Shown: positions 19,659 to 29,267 of the stretch, piece after piece | Layout: every line of letters begins with the position of its first letter | Numbering within the stretch: the stretch's first letter is position 1 | Assembly: GCA_963729605.1 (NCBI GenBank) | Contig: CAVSNY010000003.1 | Span: 1 to 64,000, forward strand | Direction of reading: 5' to 3' | Length of the DNA stretch: 64,000 bases | Source of the DNA: an uncultured Gammaproteobacteria bacterium | GTDB lineage: Bacteria > Pseudomonadota > Gammaproteobacteria > DRLM01 | Made by a program: the position numbers and the translations under genes | Notes under the pieces: generated by a model | What the model saw: only the letters and a program-made list of their open reading frames with translations | Databases searched by the model: none | Told to the model about the DNA's origin: nothing

Positions 19659-20111
19659 TCAGCTTTTGCAAGCGGAGGGCAGGAATTTCTCCGTGATGGT
19701 CCCAGGCGCGCATCGCCAGATAACGACGTTGGCATCGGCCGATTCGGCGGTGAGAGTCAGGGTATTGTTGCCGCCCAGCGCCGGGATGTTGTAGGCAATC
19801 GTGATTTTTCCGGCGCCACCGCTGTTATCCACGGTAATCCTGTCCACGATGTCCGTTTGATAACTGGCGGGCTCGGGCAGACTGGCTTGGGCGTTGTCGG
19901 CCGGCCAGTGGCCGGTAATTTGATAGTATTCCGATACCATGGATTTCACCGGGCCGGCCAGCGACAGTCCTGCCGCGACGCGGGCTTTGGTTGCATAGTC
20001 CATATAAAACGGGACGGCGGTGACCGCGAGGATGCTGGCTATCGTCAGGCTCATGAGGATTTCCAGCATGGTGAATCCCCGCTGCGAAACGGCCGGCATG
20101 TTATGACTCAT
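19659..20111 (-). CDS. Type IVa pilin
   Basis: Prepilin cleavage site QRG|FTMLE, hydrophobic N-terminal helix, C-terminal disulfide loop WRC...LPSAC. Confidence 0.92.
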   Translation of the reverse strand: MSHNMPAVSQRGFTMLEILMSLTIASILAVTAVPFYMDYATKARVAAGLSLAGPVKSMVSEYYQITGHWPADNAQASLPEPASYQTDIVDRITVDNSGGAGKITIAYNIPALGGNNTLTLTAESADANVVIWRCAPGTITEKFLPSACKS

Positions 20112-20691
20112 GCCATCGCGGGGCGTCAGGCGTCGCCATCGGCACCGGATTCGGATTGGCCTGCGCGAGGTATACCTCAGCCGGTTTTTTTTCGGTTTGA
20201 AATCGGCGCAGATCGTCTTTAATTTCCTCGATCATTTTCCGGCTGGTGGCGTCGAGATGGGCGTGTTGGCTTAAGCTGTCCAACTTTTTCTGCACGGTAT
20301 GAATGCGCGTGCAGAGGGTTTCCGCCGCGACGCGCAGGGCCTCGGCGACTTCCAAATGGAAATCACCTTCGCGCAGGCGGGTGCGGACGGTCAAATCGCC
20401 GTTGGCGATTTTTCTTAGGTCGCGTTCGATGGCGTAGGCGGGGCCGATGATTTTGTGGCTCAGCAAAAGACTGAGGTAGTAGATAAATCCGACGATGGGG
20501 ATCTCGAACGCCACTAGAGCGAAAATATGTAACGGCTCAAGCCTGCCTAAAAGTTCGGGTTTGAATACCAGGCCCAAGGTGGCGAGGATATTGATCAGAA
20601 GGATGCCGCTCAGTATCGCGCTCATGATGATGCGGCGCTGTTGAACGGCATTGACGATCAGCGTTTGTCTTCGATTGGTAATTCGATTCAC
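20101..20691 (-). CDS. Two-TM HAMP-domain protein without an output domain
   Basis: Two TM helices, then SHKIIGP...IANGDLT...LREGD (HAMP) and a short coiled coil; overlaps the pilin start by 11 bp. Confidence 0.8.
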   Translation of the reverse strand: MNRITNRRQTLIVNAVQQRRIIMSAILSGILLINILATLGLVFKPELLGRLEPLHIFALVAFEIPIVGFIYYLSLLLSHKIIGPAYAIERDLRKIANGDLTVRTRLREGDFHLEVAEALRVAAETLCTRIHTVQKKLDSLSQHAHLDATSRKMIEEIKDDLRRFQTEKKPAEVYLAQANPNPVPMATPDAPRWHES

Positions 20692-20922
20692 GGCATATCT
20701 CTGGCGAAGAACTGTACAAATGGAATATCGGCGCCAAGCAAGGTATCTTTAAACACCTCTAAACATCGCGGGATGTCACGAAGGTTCGTGAATGACGGGC
20801 TAGTGATTGAGTGGTTGCCGCTCGATTGCGCGGTGAATCGTTAACGAGGATACCCCGGCGCGGCCAGTGGAAGATTTGATATACGGCTCGGATTAAATGC
20901 GCGTTACATCAATAGGGGCACC

Positions 20923-21495
20923 ATGAGTACGGCACGACAAGAGATTTATGTCAGCGTTGATATCGAGGCGGATGGCCCGATTCCCGGGCCGCACTCGATG
21001 TTGAGTTTGGGCTCGGTGGCCTTCTTGCCGGATAAGACGCGGCTCTCGACGTTTTCCGCCAACCTGGAAACCCTGCCCGGCGCGGCGGGTGATCCCCGCA
21101 CCATGGAATGGTGGCAGCATTTCCCCGCGGCCTGGCAGGCCAGTCGTGCCCATCCCCGGCCGCCGGTAGACGTCATGAACGAATATGTGACGTGGTTGGA
21201 GAGTTTGCCGGGTACGCCGCTGTTTGTCGGCTGGCCGGCGGCCTGGGATTTCATGTGGGTCTATTGGTATCTCATTCGTTTTACCGATAAACGCCCGTTC
21301 AGCGAATGCGCCATCGACATACGTTCTTATGCGATGGGTATGCGGAAAACCCCTTTTTATAAATCCGGGAAAAATTATTTGCCGAAACGCTGGTTTGATG
21401 AATTGCCGCATACCCATATAGCACTCGACGACGCCATCGAGCAGGGGGCGATGTTTTGTAATATGCTTCGGGAAAACACCTCCTTGGAAGAGTAG
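20923..21495 (+). CDS. DEDDh 3'-5' exonuclease (RNase AS/Rv2179c-like)
   Basis: VDIEADG (Exo I), AAWDF (Exo II), HIALDDA (Exo III). Confidence 0.85.
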   Translation: MSTARQEIYVSVDIEADGPIPGPHSMLSLGSVAFLPDKTRLSTFSANLETLPGAAGDPRTMEWWQHFPAAWQASRAHPRPPVDVMNEYVTWLESLPGTPLFVGWPAAWDFMWVYWYLIRFTDKRPFSECAIDIRSYAMGMRKTPFYKSGKNYLPKRWFDELPHTHIALDDAIEQGAMFCNMLRENTSLEE

Positions 21496-21763
21496 CGAAT
21501 GCGTGTGGATTTAGCGCGACGGGGCATTAAGACGTCGTAAAGCCATCTTCATTACTGAAGCGCCATTGAAAAAAGATAGCTAAAGCTTTGGTGGATACCG
21601 CGAATGACTATAAATGAGCATGATTTGGAGGGCGATAAATAGCTTAATGGACGGGGCTGCGCTAGCGGCGTAAACTTTTCCTTCGTTGATCGGTCCTAAT
21701 TTCGGTTTCGGCGGGCGGACATCGTTTCCGTTCCGGGTTCATCACCAGCAAGAGGAAGAAGAT

Positions 21764-22045
21764 ATGACGCGAGTAATCCAAGTGGTTTTTATGTCGTCAC
21801 TGTTGGCGGTTGCGGGCGGCGCATGGGCGTGTCAGAGCGCGGGCCACAACAAACATGTGGGCGAGGTGACCAAGGTAGATACGATGGCCGGCACGTTTAC
21901 GATTCATGATGTGGAAATGGACGGCCCGATTACCTTTACGGCGGATCAAGCCGTGCTCAAAACTGCCTCGCAGGCCAAGGGTCAGGTGCTGGTCAGTTTC
22001 GAGCAGAAAGGCGAGAAATTGAAGGCGGTCGGCCTGGCCATTTGA
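21764..22045 (+). CDS. Small secreted protein, possible CusF-like OB fold
   Basis: GAGGA RBS, signal peptide ending AWA, GEVTKVD...TFTIHD pattern, downstream terminator. Confidence 0.75.
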   Translation: MTRVIQVVFMSSLLAVAGGAWACQSAGHNKHVGEVTKVDTMAGTFTIHDVEMDGPITFTADQAVLKTASQAKGQVLVSFEQKGEKLKAVGLAI

Positions 22046-22062
22046 CAAAAGGTCATGTAGTG

Positions 22063-22096
22063 ATAGGCCAACCCCGGTCCGGGGTTGGCCTATTTA
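22063..22096. terminator. Bidirectional terminator hairpin between convergent genes
   Basis: Perfect inverted repeat ATAGGCCAACCCCGG-T-CCGGGGTTGGCCTAT. Confidence 0.8.
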
Positions 22097-22120
22097 TAAT
22101 CGGTATTTATAACGAGCTTC

Positions 22121-22447
22121 TTACTTCTTTTTCTTTTTCAAGGCCGCCAAATCGGTTTTAGTCTGGTTGAGCTCGGCCAGGGTCTGCTCCAAATCACGGG
22201 TCAGGTTTTCGATTTGCGATTGGGCTTGAGTCTGGGCCTCGTGGGCCGTTTGCAATTGGCCCCGTAAAGCGGTCAGTTCCGCTTCCTTTTGGGTGGCTTC
22301 GTTGGTGCTCTGCGCCAGCTGCTGTTCAAGGGCGGCGACTTTGGTGCGCAATTCATCACGTTCCTTGGTGCCGCAACCTGTAACACCGAGTACGGCGATC
22401 AAGGCGATGGCAGCCATCGCGGTAATACGACTCATATAATTCCTCAT
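22121..22447 (-). CDS. Coiled-coil lipoprotein
   Basis: Lipobox VTGC, continuous heptad repeats, C-terminal KKKK. Confidence 0.8.
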   Translation of the reverse strand: MRNYMSRITAMAAIALIAVLGVTGCGTKERDELRTKVAALEQQLAQSTNEATQKEAELTALRGQLQTAHEAQTQAQSQIENLTRDLEQTLAELNQTKTDLAALKKKKK

Positions 22448-22600
22448 TGATGGTTTAAGAGACAGGCGTCTTGCCTGGTGGCCGGTTTAACCGGCGCGGA
22501 ATATTATCACGGACGACGGGTGTCAGGAGGGGGAGGCCGCTGGTTATACTCAACACCTTGAGCGGGCTTGAATCCAGGGCCGATAAGTCACGGAGGCGGA

Positions 22601-23401
22601 ATGAGATATAAATGTTTGATCGGGGTGGCGGGTTTGGCGTTTGGGCTGGTGGCGTGCGCGACCTCACCCACCGGTCGGACCCAACTCACTTTGATGCCGG
22701 AAGCGCAGATGGACAGCATGGGATTGCAGGCCTTCCAGGAATTGAAGGACAAGACGCCCAAGGAACCGGATCCTAAGCTCAATGCCTATGTGAGCTGTGT
22801 CGCCGACAAGGTGACCGCCGAGCTGGGGGCGGACGGCGGCACGTGGGAAGTGGTGTTGTTCAAGGACCCCGCGGTCAACGCCTTCGCCTTACCCGGCGGC
22901 CATATCGGGGTGTACACGGGTTTATTGACCGCCGCGAAGAATCAGGATCAGTTGGCCGCGGTGCTCGGTCATGAGGTGGCCCATGTGCTGGCGCGCCATG
23001 GCAATGAACGGGTCTCCACCCAGTTGGCGACCGAGCAAGCGGCGGCCTTGATCGGCGCCTGGGCGGGAGGCCAGGACCCATCCAAGCGGAACATGGTGAT
23101 GGGGCTGCTGGGGGTGGGGGCGCAAGTGGGGGTCCTGTTGCCGTTCAGCCGCATTCAGGAGTCCGAGGCTGACCGCATCGGCCTGGCGATGATGGCGCGG
23201 GCGGGTTTCGATCCCCGGCAAAGCGTCAATCTTTGGGAAAACATGGCGCAAGCCGGCGGATCGGCGGCGCCGGAATTTCTGTCCACCCACCCTTCGCACA
23301 AGACGCGTATCAGTGATTTGCGCGCGCATATGGCCGAGGTGATGCCCTTGTACGAAGCGGCTAGAAGCGAAGGCAAGCAACCTCGCTGCGGCGGGGGTTG
23401 A
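22601..23401 (+). CDS. M48-family zinc metallopeptidase lipoprotein
   Basis: Lipobox LVAC, NAFALPGG, HEVAH zinc motif, ESEAD, FLSTHPS; GGAGG RBS. Confidence 0.93.
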   Translation: MRYKCLIGVAGLAFGLVACATSPTGRTQLTLMPEAQMDSMGLQAFQELKDKTPKEPDPKLNAYVSCVADKVTAELGADGGTWEVVLFKDPAVNAFALPGGHIGVYTGLLTAAKNQDQLAAVLGHEVAHVLARHGNERVSTQLATEQAAALIGAWAGGQDPSKRNMVMGLLGVGAQVGVLLPFSRIQESEADRIGLAMMARAGFDPRQSVNLWENMAQAGGSAAPEFLSTHPSHKTRISDLRAHMAEVMPLYEAARSEGKQPRCGGG

Positions 23402-23456
23402 GCAAGGTATCCCCCGGCGCGGCCCGCACCGGGGGAAGTCGCCGTTCTGCGGTCTT

Positions 23457-24170
23457 TTATGTCTTGCGACGCCGCGCAACACCGAGGGCCAACAACCCCC
23501 CGGTCAGCAGCAGGAGGCCGGCGGGCTCGGGGACGCCGCTCACCGGCGGCGGTGTAACGCGCAAATCGCCCAGATAGCGGATATTGTCGAAGGCGAAGGC
23601 CTCGTTGCTGTCGATAAAAGTGTCCGTGGTGATGCGGAATACCAGTTGGGTTACCACGCCTGGAATGACGTAGCTGTAATCCGTCAGTGATTCGATCAGC
23701 GTGCCGCCGCCGTTGCTGAGTACGGCGCCGCCGATTTTACCTAAAAAACGATCGAGCTCTAAAAAATGGCTACCGCCATCCGGGCTGTATTCCAGGATGA
23801 TGATATCTTCGGCCTCGAAGATATTGCCGCTGCGGGCGGATAAGGCCAGCGCCACCGAGAGGTTTTCATAAGCGGTCACGTCCATGGCGCTGAAGGTGAC
23901 GCGATGAGGTGTGCCGCTGATGAACCCGTTGAGATCACGGCCTCCAAAATAGGACGCGCCGTGGATGTTACCGGGCAGATAGCCGAGGGTCTGGGTGCCT
24001 TGCGGTAATACCGTGAAAAAGCGGGTATTGAATGCAGGATTAAACCCGCCGTTCTCGACGGTGTATCCGGACGTGCCTTCAAAACTTTCTTGAAAAATGA
24101 TGCCGCCTTGGACGGTGTGCGCGGCGAAAATAAGCATGGCAAGAACGACGAGCCGTTGGGCTGTATTCAT
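23457..24170 (-). CDS. PEP-CTERM sorting-domain surface protein
   Basis: Signal peptide; C-terminal VPEP, TM helix and basic tail RRRKT. Confidence 0.92.
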   Translation of the reverse strand: MNTAQRLVVLAMLIFAAHTVQGGIIFQESFEGTSGYTVENGGFNPAFNTRFFTVLPQGTQTLGYLPGNIHGASYFGGRDLNGFISGTPHRVTFSAMDVTAYENLSVALALSARSGNIFEAEDIIILEYSPDGGSHFLELDRFLGKIGGAVLSNGGGTLIESLTDYSYVIPGVVTQLVFRITTDTFIDSNEAFAFDNIRYLGDLRVTPPPVSGVPEPAGLLLLTGGLLALGVARRRKT

Positions 24171-24216
24171 GGTTCATTCCTTGAGTTGTAGTTGAGAATT
24201 CCCTCAAGGCGATGAA

Positions 24217-24233
24217 AAGCAGAGTTTATGCCA
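24217..24233 (-). promoter_or_regulatory. sigma54 promoter of the PEP-CTERM gene
   Basis: Minus strand TGGCATAAACTCTGCTT (GG-N10-GC). Confidence 0.8.
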
Positions 24234-24298
24234 TCGCAACAAAAATTTAATATTCATAATGCGTTGTTTAATTAAAAGAACATTTTGTTATTGTGATA

Positions 24299-24315
24299 TG
24301 TAAAAGCCGCTGACA
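24299..24315. promoter_or_regulatory. PEP-CTERM box (PrsR-type enhancer)
   Basis: TGTAAAAGCCGCTGACA (TGT-N11-ACA) about 65 bp upstream of the sigma54 site, across an AT-rich spacer. Confidence 0.75.
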
Positions 24316-24351
24316 TTCGTGAGTCGGCGATCCGCAACACGGGAAGCCCGT

Positions 24352-24657
24352 TTAATCGTAGCCGTAAAGCCAGCGGGTGACGCCGGTGTGGATATTGCGT
24401 ACGCTGTGCGGCGTGCCTTTCGGAATCCGGATTTCATCGCCGGGTTCGGCGATACATTCCTGATCGCCGATGGTCATGTGCAGACGGCCTTCGACCACGG
24501 TCACCAGCTCGTTGCAATCATGTACGAATCCCGTCCATGTCCGTCCGGGCGGGTCTACGAATTCATCGCAGGAATAACCGCGTTGTTTCCATTCCGCCGT
24601 CACCATCCGCTTATCCAGGGGTATGGAGAATTTTCCGATTGTCTGTAGCTGTGTCAT
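24352..24657 (-). CDS. Cupin-domain protein
   Basis: FVH..NELVTVVEG and PGDEIRIPKGTPHSV cupin motifs; an upstream GTG start at 24726 is possible. Confidence 0.85.
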   Translation of the reverse strand: MTQLQTIGKFSIPLDKRMVTAEWKQRGYSCDEFVDPPGRTWTGFVHDCNELVTVVEGRLHMTIGDQECIAEPGDEIRIPKGTPHSVRNIHTGVTRWLYGYD

Positions 24658-24880
24658 CGCGAATCTCCCGGCGCGTAGCGCCGCCAAAACGGCAGCAGGT
24701 GCTTTGTCATGCGCTATGGCCGTCACTCAATTTACCCCGCTCCTTGCGACGACGGAAAGTGCATCGCGCGAGATCCGTTCTACGCGTATCGAATTTGTTA
24801 TCCTCTCTATGTGACTCTCAGCGAATTCCGCGCTGGGAAATAAAAATGCCCGTACGGTGTTTAACTCACCAGGAATAACG

Positions 24881-26515
24881 ATGCCGGACGATACGCTTAC
24901 ACCACTCGAGACGGTGCTCGATTATCACCGTCGCAGTAAACACGGCTTGCGGGCCTACGCACCGGGGCCGGGTCATCTCGACTGGTCGACCCAGCCGGAT
25001 CCTTTCCGCCGTTACCGCCAAACCGAGCATGTGGACTTGCCTCTGCTCGCCGACCACTTGACTACCCCCTGGGCCGCGCTGCATGCGGCAGGCGCGGTGC
25101 CGCCGCATCCGCTGGATCGCGACGGCGTCGCGCTGTTGCTGGAACTATCCCTGGGCCTGTCGGCCTGGAAAGAATACGGCGCCACCCGCTGGGCCTTGCG
25201 CTGCAATCCCTCCAGCGGCAATCTCCATCCCACCGAAGCCTATCTCATCACGCCGCAATTGCCGGGTCTGCCTCGCGGCGTGTATCACTATCTCAGCGCC
25301 GAGCACGTCTTGGAACGGCGCGCTATACCCGCCGAAGGTGGCTGGGACGCGGCCCTGGGCGGCGGCTTGTTGTTGGCCTTGAGTTCCGTGCACTGGCGCG
25401 AGGCCTGGAAATACGGGATGCGCGCCTACCGCTATTGTCAGCACGACGCCGGCCACGCCATCGCCGCACTGCGTTACGCGGCGGCGGCCCTGGGCTGGCG
25501 GCTGCGGCTATTGGACGATTGGGCCGACGCGGAGATCGCCGTCTTGTGCGGCATCGACCGCGCGGCGGATTTTCCCTGTGCCGAGGAGCGCGAGCAACCG
25601 GATTGCCTGCTGTGGCTGGCGCCGTCCGACGCGCAGCCGCCCGCCGCCGGCGCCCTGTTGAAGCCGTTGCGCGGCGCGGGCTGGCAGGGAGTCGCTCATG
25701 TCTTGAGCCGCGCCCATCGCGCCTGGACCGACATCGACGCGGTCGCGCGCGCGACCGCCAAGCCGCGCACCGGCCGATTGCCGCCGTGGCCGGTTCCGTC
25801 CCGCCCGGTTTCGCGAACCGCGGACACGCCGCAAACCGCGGCGGCCTTGTTTCGGCAGCGCCGCAGCGCCGTGGCCTTCGACGGCGAGACCCAACTCGGT
25901 CGCGCGGCGTTTTTCACGATGCTGGATGCCTTGTTGCCGCGCGCCGCGGTGCCGCCGTGGGACGCCTTGCCGTGGCGGCCGCATCTGCACCCCGTGTTTT
26001 TCGTGCACCGTGTCGCCGGCCTCGTGCCGGGTATTTACGTCTTGCCGCGTCACGTCGAGGCCGGCGCGTCATTGAGCGCGGCGATCCGCGCCGATTGGCA
26101 GTGGCGGCCGGTCGATGAATGTCCCGCTCATCTCCCTTTGCATTTACTGGTCGAGGCGGATACCCGCGAGCCGGCGCGGCTGATCTCCTGTCATCAGGAC
26201 ATCGCGACGGATTCGGCCTTCGCGCTCGGCATGCTCGCCGAATATCGCGCCGGCCTGGAGCAGGGCGCGTGGTGGTATCGCTATCTGTACTGGGAGGCGG
26301 GCATGCTGGGTCAGGTTTTGTATTTACAGGCGGAGGCGGCGGGCGTGCGCGCCACCGGCATCGGTTGTTATTTCGACGATGAGATGCACCGTCTGCTGGG
26401 CCTGCGCGATGAGGCGTTTCAATCGTTCTATCACTTCACGGTCGGCGGCGCGGTGGAGGACAGCCGGCTGCGCACGCTCGCCCCCTACGCCCATCTGACG
26501 CCGCGCGCTAAATAA
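24881..26515 (+). CDS. SagB/ThcOx-family tandem nitroreductase-domain protein
   Basis: LRCNPSSGNLHPTE, REAWKYGMRAYRYCQHDAGH, RQRRSA, GIGCYFDD. Confidence 0.88.
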   Translation: MPDDTLTPLETVLDYHRRSKHGLRAYAPGPGHLDWSTQPDPFRRYRQTEHVDLPLLADHLTTPWAALHAAGAVPPHPLDRDGVALLLELSLGLSAWKEYGATRWALRCNPSSGNLHPTEAYLITPQLPGLPRGVYHYLSAEHVLERRAIPAEGGWDAALGGGLLLALSSVHWREAWKYGMRAYRYCQHDAGHAIAALRYAAAALGWRLRLLDDWADAEIAVLCGIDRAADFPCAEEREQPDCLLWLAPSDAQPPAAGALLKPLRGAGWQGVAHVLSRAHRAWTDIDAVARATAKPRTGRLPPWPVPSRPVSRTADTPQTAAALFRQRRSAVAFDGETQLGRAAFFTMLDALLPRAAVPPWDALPWRPHLHPVFFVHRVAGLVPGIYVLPRHVEAGASLSAAIRADWQWRPVDECPAHLPLHLLVEADTREPARLISCHQDIATDSAFALGMLAEYRAGLEQGAWWYRYLYWEAGMLGQVLYLQAEAAGVRATGIGCYFDDEMHRLLGLRDEAFQSFYHFTVGGAVEDSRLRTLAPYAHLTPRAK

Positions 26516-26563
26516 AAGCTCTCGCAAATCGCCGCGTTTTTTGAACAGGGCCTTCGCCGTCAT

Positions 26564-26590
26564 TCCCCTCTTCCGCGAGGAGAGAGGGGA
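26564..26590. repeat. REP-like CCCTCT...AGAGGG palindrome
   Basis: tcccctcttccgcgaggagagagggga, related to the copies at 45426, 45576 and 56580. Confidence 0.45.
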
Positions 26591-26710
26591 TAAAAATCGA
26601 TGGCGGCGGTTTGGTGTGGGCGATGCGATCTGCTATAAAGTCCCGCCCGCGCGGCAAGCCGGATGACCGGCGCGCGTAAGCGGACGCGTCGTAGAGGATG
26701 AGGTAGTTCT

Positions 26711-27532
26711 ATGCAGAAATTTCATCGCAAAATCACCGTCACCGCGGCGGACGCGCCGGTCGCCAGCGACTGTTTGTGCGTCCACACCGGTCTGTCCAAG
26801 GGCCGGGTGAAAGATGCCATGGCCAAGGGCGCGGTGAGTCTGCGGAAGAAACAAGGCGGCGCGCGCCGCCGCTTGCGCCGCGCCACCGCGGCGTTGAGTC
26901 CCGGCGATGTGCTGGAACTCTATTACGACGAAGAATTGTTGCAACGCAAACCGCCCGCCGCCCGCTGCGTCGATGACCAGGGTCGTTACAGCGTATGGTA
27001 CAAACCGGCGGGATTGATGGCGCAGGGCACGGAATACGGTGATCACTGTTCTTTGTTGCGCCAGGTGGAGATACACTTCCGGCCCGAACGCGCGGTATTC
27101 CCCGTGCATCGCTTGGACCGCGAGGCGTCCGGTCTGATGGTGGTGGCGCACGACAAACAGGCGGCGGCGCGGCTGTCGGACTTGTTCAGCGGCAACCGGA
27201 TCGCCAAACACTACCGGGTGCGGGTCCGCGGTGAATTCGCCGAGAAAACCGGACGCATCGACCTGCCCTTGGACGGCAAGCCGGCATTGAGTCTCTATTC
27301 GGTCGGTGATTACGATGCGGGCGCGGACGCGACCACGCTGGAAGTCAAGATCGAGACCGGCCGTCTGCATCAGATCCGCCGCCACTTCGAGCTGATCGGC
27401 CATCCGGTGCTGGGTGATCCGCACTACGGCACCGGCAATAAAAATACCGAGGGTTTGCAATTGACCGCGGCGGGCCTGCGTTTTCGTTGCCCGTTTACCG
27501 GCCAGGCCCGCGAGTATGCCTTGGACGTGTAG
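26711..27532 (+). CDS. RluA-family pseudouridine synthase
   Basis: KPAG, HRLD catalytic motif, TGRLHQIRRH, GHPVLGD. Confidence 0.93.
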   Translation: MQKFHRKITVTAADAPVASDCLCVHTGLSKGRVKDAMAKGAVSLRKKQGGARRRLRRATAALSPGDVLELYYDEELLQRKPPAARCVDDQGRYSVWYKPAGLMAQGTEYGDHCSLLRQVEIHFRPERAVFPVHRLDREASGLMVVAHDKQAAARLSDLFSGNRIAKHYRVRVRGEFAEKTGRIDLPLDGKPALSLYSVGDYDAGADATTLEVKIETGRLHQIRRHFELIGHPVLGDPHYGTGNKNTEGLQLTAAGLRFRCPFTGQAREYALDV

Positions 27533-27632
27533 CGGGCGTAGCCGTGCTCGGTAAAATGCCGCGTCATCCCGCTGCAACCTGAGCGGCCCATCCCGCCAAA
27601 AAAACTCCCCGATTATATGGAGTGACAAAAAA

Positions 27633-27677
27633 ACTTCACTCGGCTGTCATGCCGCGGTCACACGGCGGGCGTGTAAT
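27633..27677 (+). promoter_or_regulatory. PHO-box-like (OmpR/PhoB family) promoter
   Basis: ACTTCAC-N4-CTGTCAT-N4-CGGTCAC (11-bp period), then exactly 10 nt, then TGTAAT (-10). Confidence 0.55.
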
Positions 27678-27719
27678 AGGTTCGCCCGCGAAGGGGCTCT
27701 CGCTACTACGGAGGAGTTT

Positions 27720-27908
27720 ATGAAGATGAAGTTATCTCATGACGGCTGGCGTTGGGAGCTGTACAGACATGTGGCCTTGTTCGTCCACAATCCCAACGAT
27801 CATACCCAGGGCAAGCTCAGCGCCCTCATCGATGAATTTCGTGCCTATACCAGCCAGCAACGCGATGTGGCGGCGGACGAGCACGAATATGCCGCGGACT
27901 ATCTTTAA
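27720..27908 (+). CDS. Small hypothetical protein, 62 aa
   Basis: GGAGGAG RBS; fills the gap between the RluA-family gene and rimO without overlap. Confidence 0.7.
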   Translation: MKMKLSHDGWRWELYRHVALFVHNPNDHTQGKLSALIDEFRAYTSQQRDVAADEHEYAADYL

Positions 27909-27935
27909 GCACGCGGCGGGGCGGCGGTCCCCGCG

Positions 27936-29267
27936 CTAAACGGCGCGTGCGTAAAGATCGTGTTCATCCGCCCCGGTGACTTCCACTTCCATGAAGTCGC
28001 CGGGTTGGCCCGGGGCGGTATCGCTTTCGATTATCACCACCCCGTCTATCTCCGGCGCATCGGCCGCACTGCGGGCGATGATGCCTTCCTCACTGATTTC
28101 ATCCACCAGCACGGTCAAGGTTTGACCGATGCGTTTTTGCAGCTTATCCGCGCTGATCTCGGCTTGGCGTTCCATGAAACGTTGCAGCCGTTCTTGCTTC
28201 ACCTCTTCCGGAACCGGATCGGCCAGGGCATTGGCCGCGGCGCCCTCCACCGGTGAATAGGCGAAGGCGCCCACCCGATCCAATTGCGCCTCGTCTAAAA
28301 ACACCAGCAGTTGTTCGAAGTCGGCCTCGGTCTCGCCGGGGAAGCCGACGATGAAGGTGCTGCGCAAGGTGATGTCGGGGCAGTCCTCGCGCCAACGGCG
28401 GATGCGGGTCAGATTGTTTTCCGCCGCGGCCGGACGGCGCATGGCTTTCAATATCCGCGGACTGGCGTGCTGGAAGGGGATGTCGAGATACGGCAGGAGC
28501 TTGCCTTCCGCCATCAACGGGATGACTTCGTCGACGTGAGGATAGGGATAGACGTAATGCAGCCGCACCCACACCCCGAGTTCGCCGAGGGCCTGGGCCA
28601 GGTCGGTGAAGCGGGTCTTGAGCGGTTTGCCGCTCCAAAAACCGGTGCGGTATTTCACATCCACACCGTAGGCGCTGGTGTCCTGCGAGATCACCAGCAG
28701 TTCCTTGACGCCGGCCTTTACCAGATTCTCCGCCTCCTGCATCACCTCGCCGATGGGCCGGCTCACCAGATCGCCGCGCATCGACGGGATGATGCAAAAC
28801 GTGCAGCGGTGGTTGCAGCCTTCGGAGATTTTCAGATAGGCGTAATGTTTGGGCGTGAGCTTGATGCCTTGCGGCGGGATCAGGCTGGTATACGGGTCGT
28901 GCTGCGGCGGCAGATGATCGTGCACCGCGCTCATCACCTCTTGCAAGGCGTGAGGGCCGGTCACCGCCAATACTTTCGGGTGCGTCTCCTTGACGATATT
29001 GCCCTTGGCGCCGAGACAGCCGGTGACGATCACCTTGCCGTTTTCCGCGAGCGCTTCGCCGATGGCATCGAGGGATTCCTCGACCGCCGCGTCGATGAAG
29101 CCGCAGGTGTTGACCACCACCAGATCCGCGTCCTGATAACTCGGGCTGATGGCATACCCCTCGGCGCGGAGCTGGGTGAGGATCTGCTCGGAATCGACCA
29201 GCGCCTTGGGGCAGCCGAGGCTGACGAAACCGACGCGCGGGGCAGGGAGTTTGGATGGTTGGGTCAT
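27936..29267 (-). CDS. rimO: Ribosomal protein S12 methylthiotransferase
   Basis: [12 protein letters not shown], radical SAM motif CNHRCTFC, C-terminal TRAM domain (DAPEIDG). Confidence 0.97.
   Translation of the reverse strand: MTQPSKLPAPRVGFVSLGCPKALVDSEQILTQLRAEGYAISPSYQDADLVVVNTCGFIDAAVEESLDAIGEALAENGKVIVTGCLGAKGNIVKETHPKVLAVTGPHALQEVMSAVHDHLPPQHDPYTSLIPPQGIKLTPKHYAYLKISEGCNHRCTFCIIPSMRGDLVSRPIGEVMQEAENLVKAGVKELLVISQDTSAYGVDVKYRTGFWSGKPLKTRFTDLAQALGELGVWVRLHYVYPYPHVDEVIPLMAEGKLLPYLDIPFQHASPRILKAMRRPAAAENNLTRIRRWREDCPDITLRSTFIVGFPGETEADFEQLLVFLDEAQLDRVGAFAYSPVEGAAANALADPVPEEVKQERLQRFMERQAEISADKLQKRIGQTLTVLVDEISEEGIIARSAADAPEIDGVVIIESDTAPGQPGDFMEVEVTGADEHDLYARAV

Noticed and set aside
24881-26515. 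SagB-family gene as a thiazole/oxazole RiPP cluster
   Set aside because: No YcaO, precursor peptide or dedicated transporter nearby; stand-alone members of this family are common.
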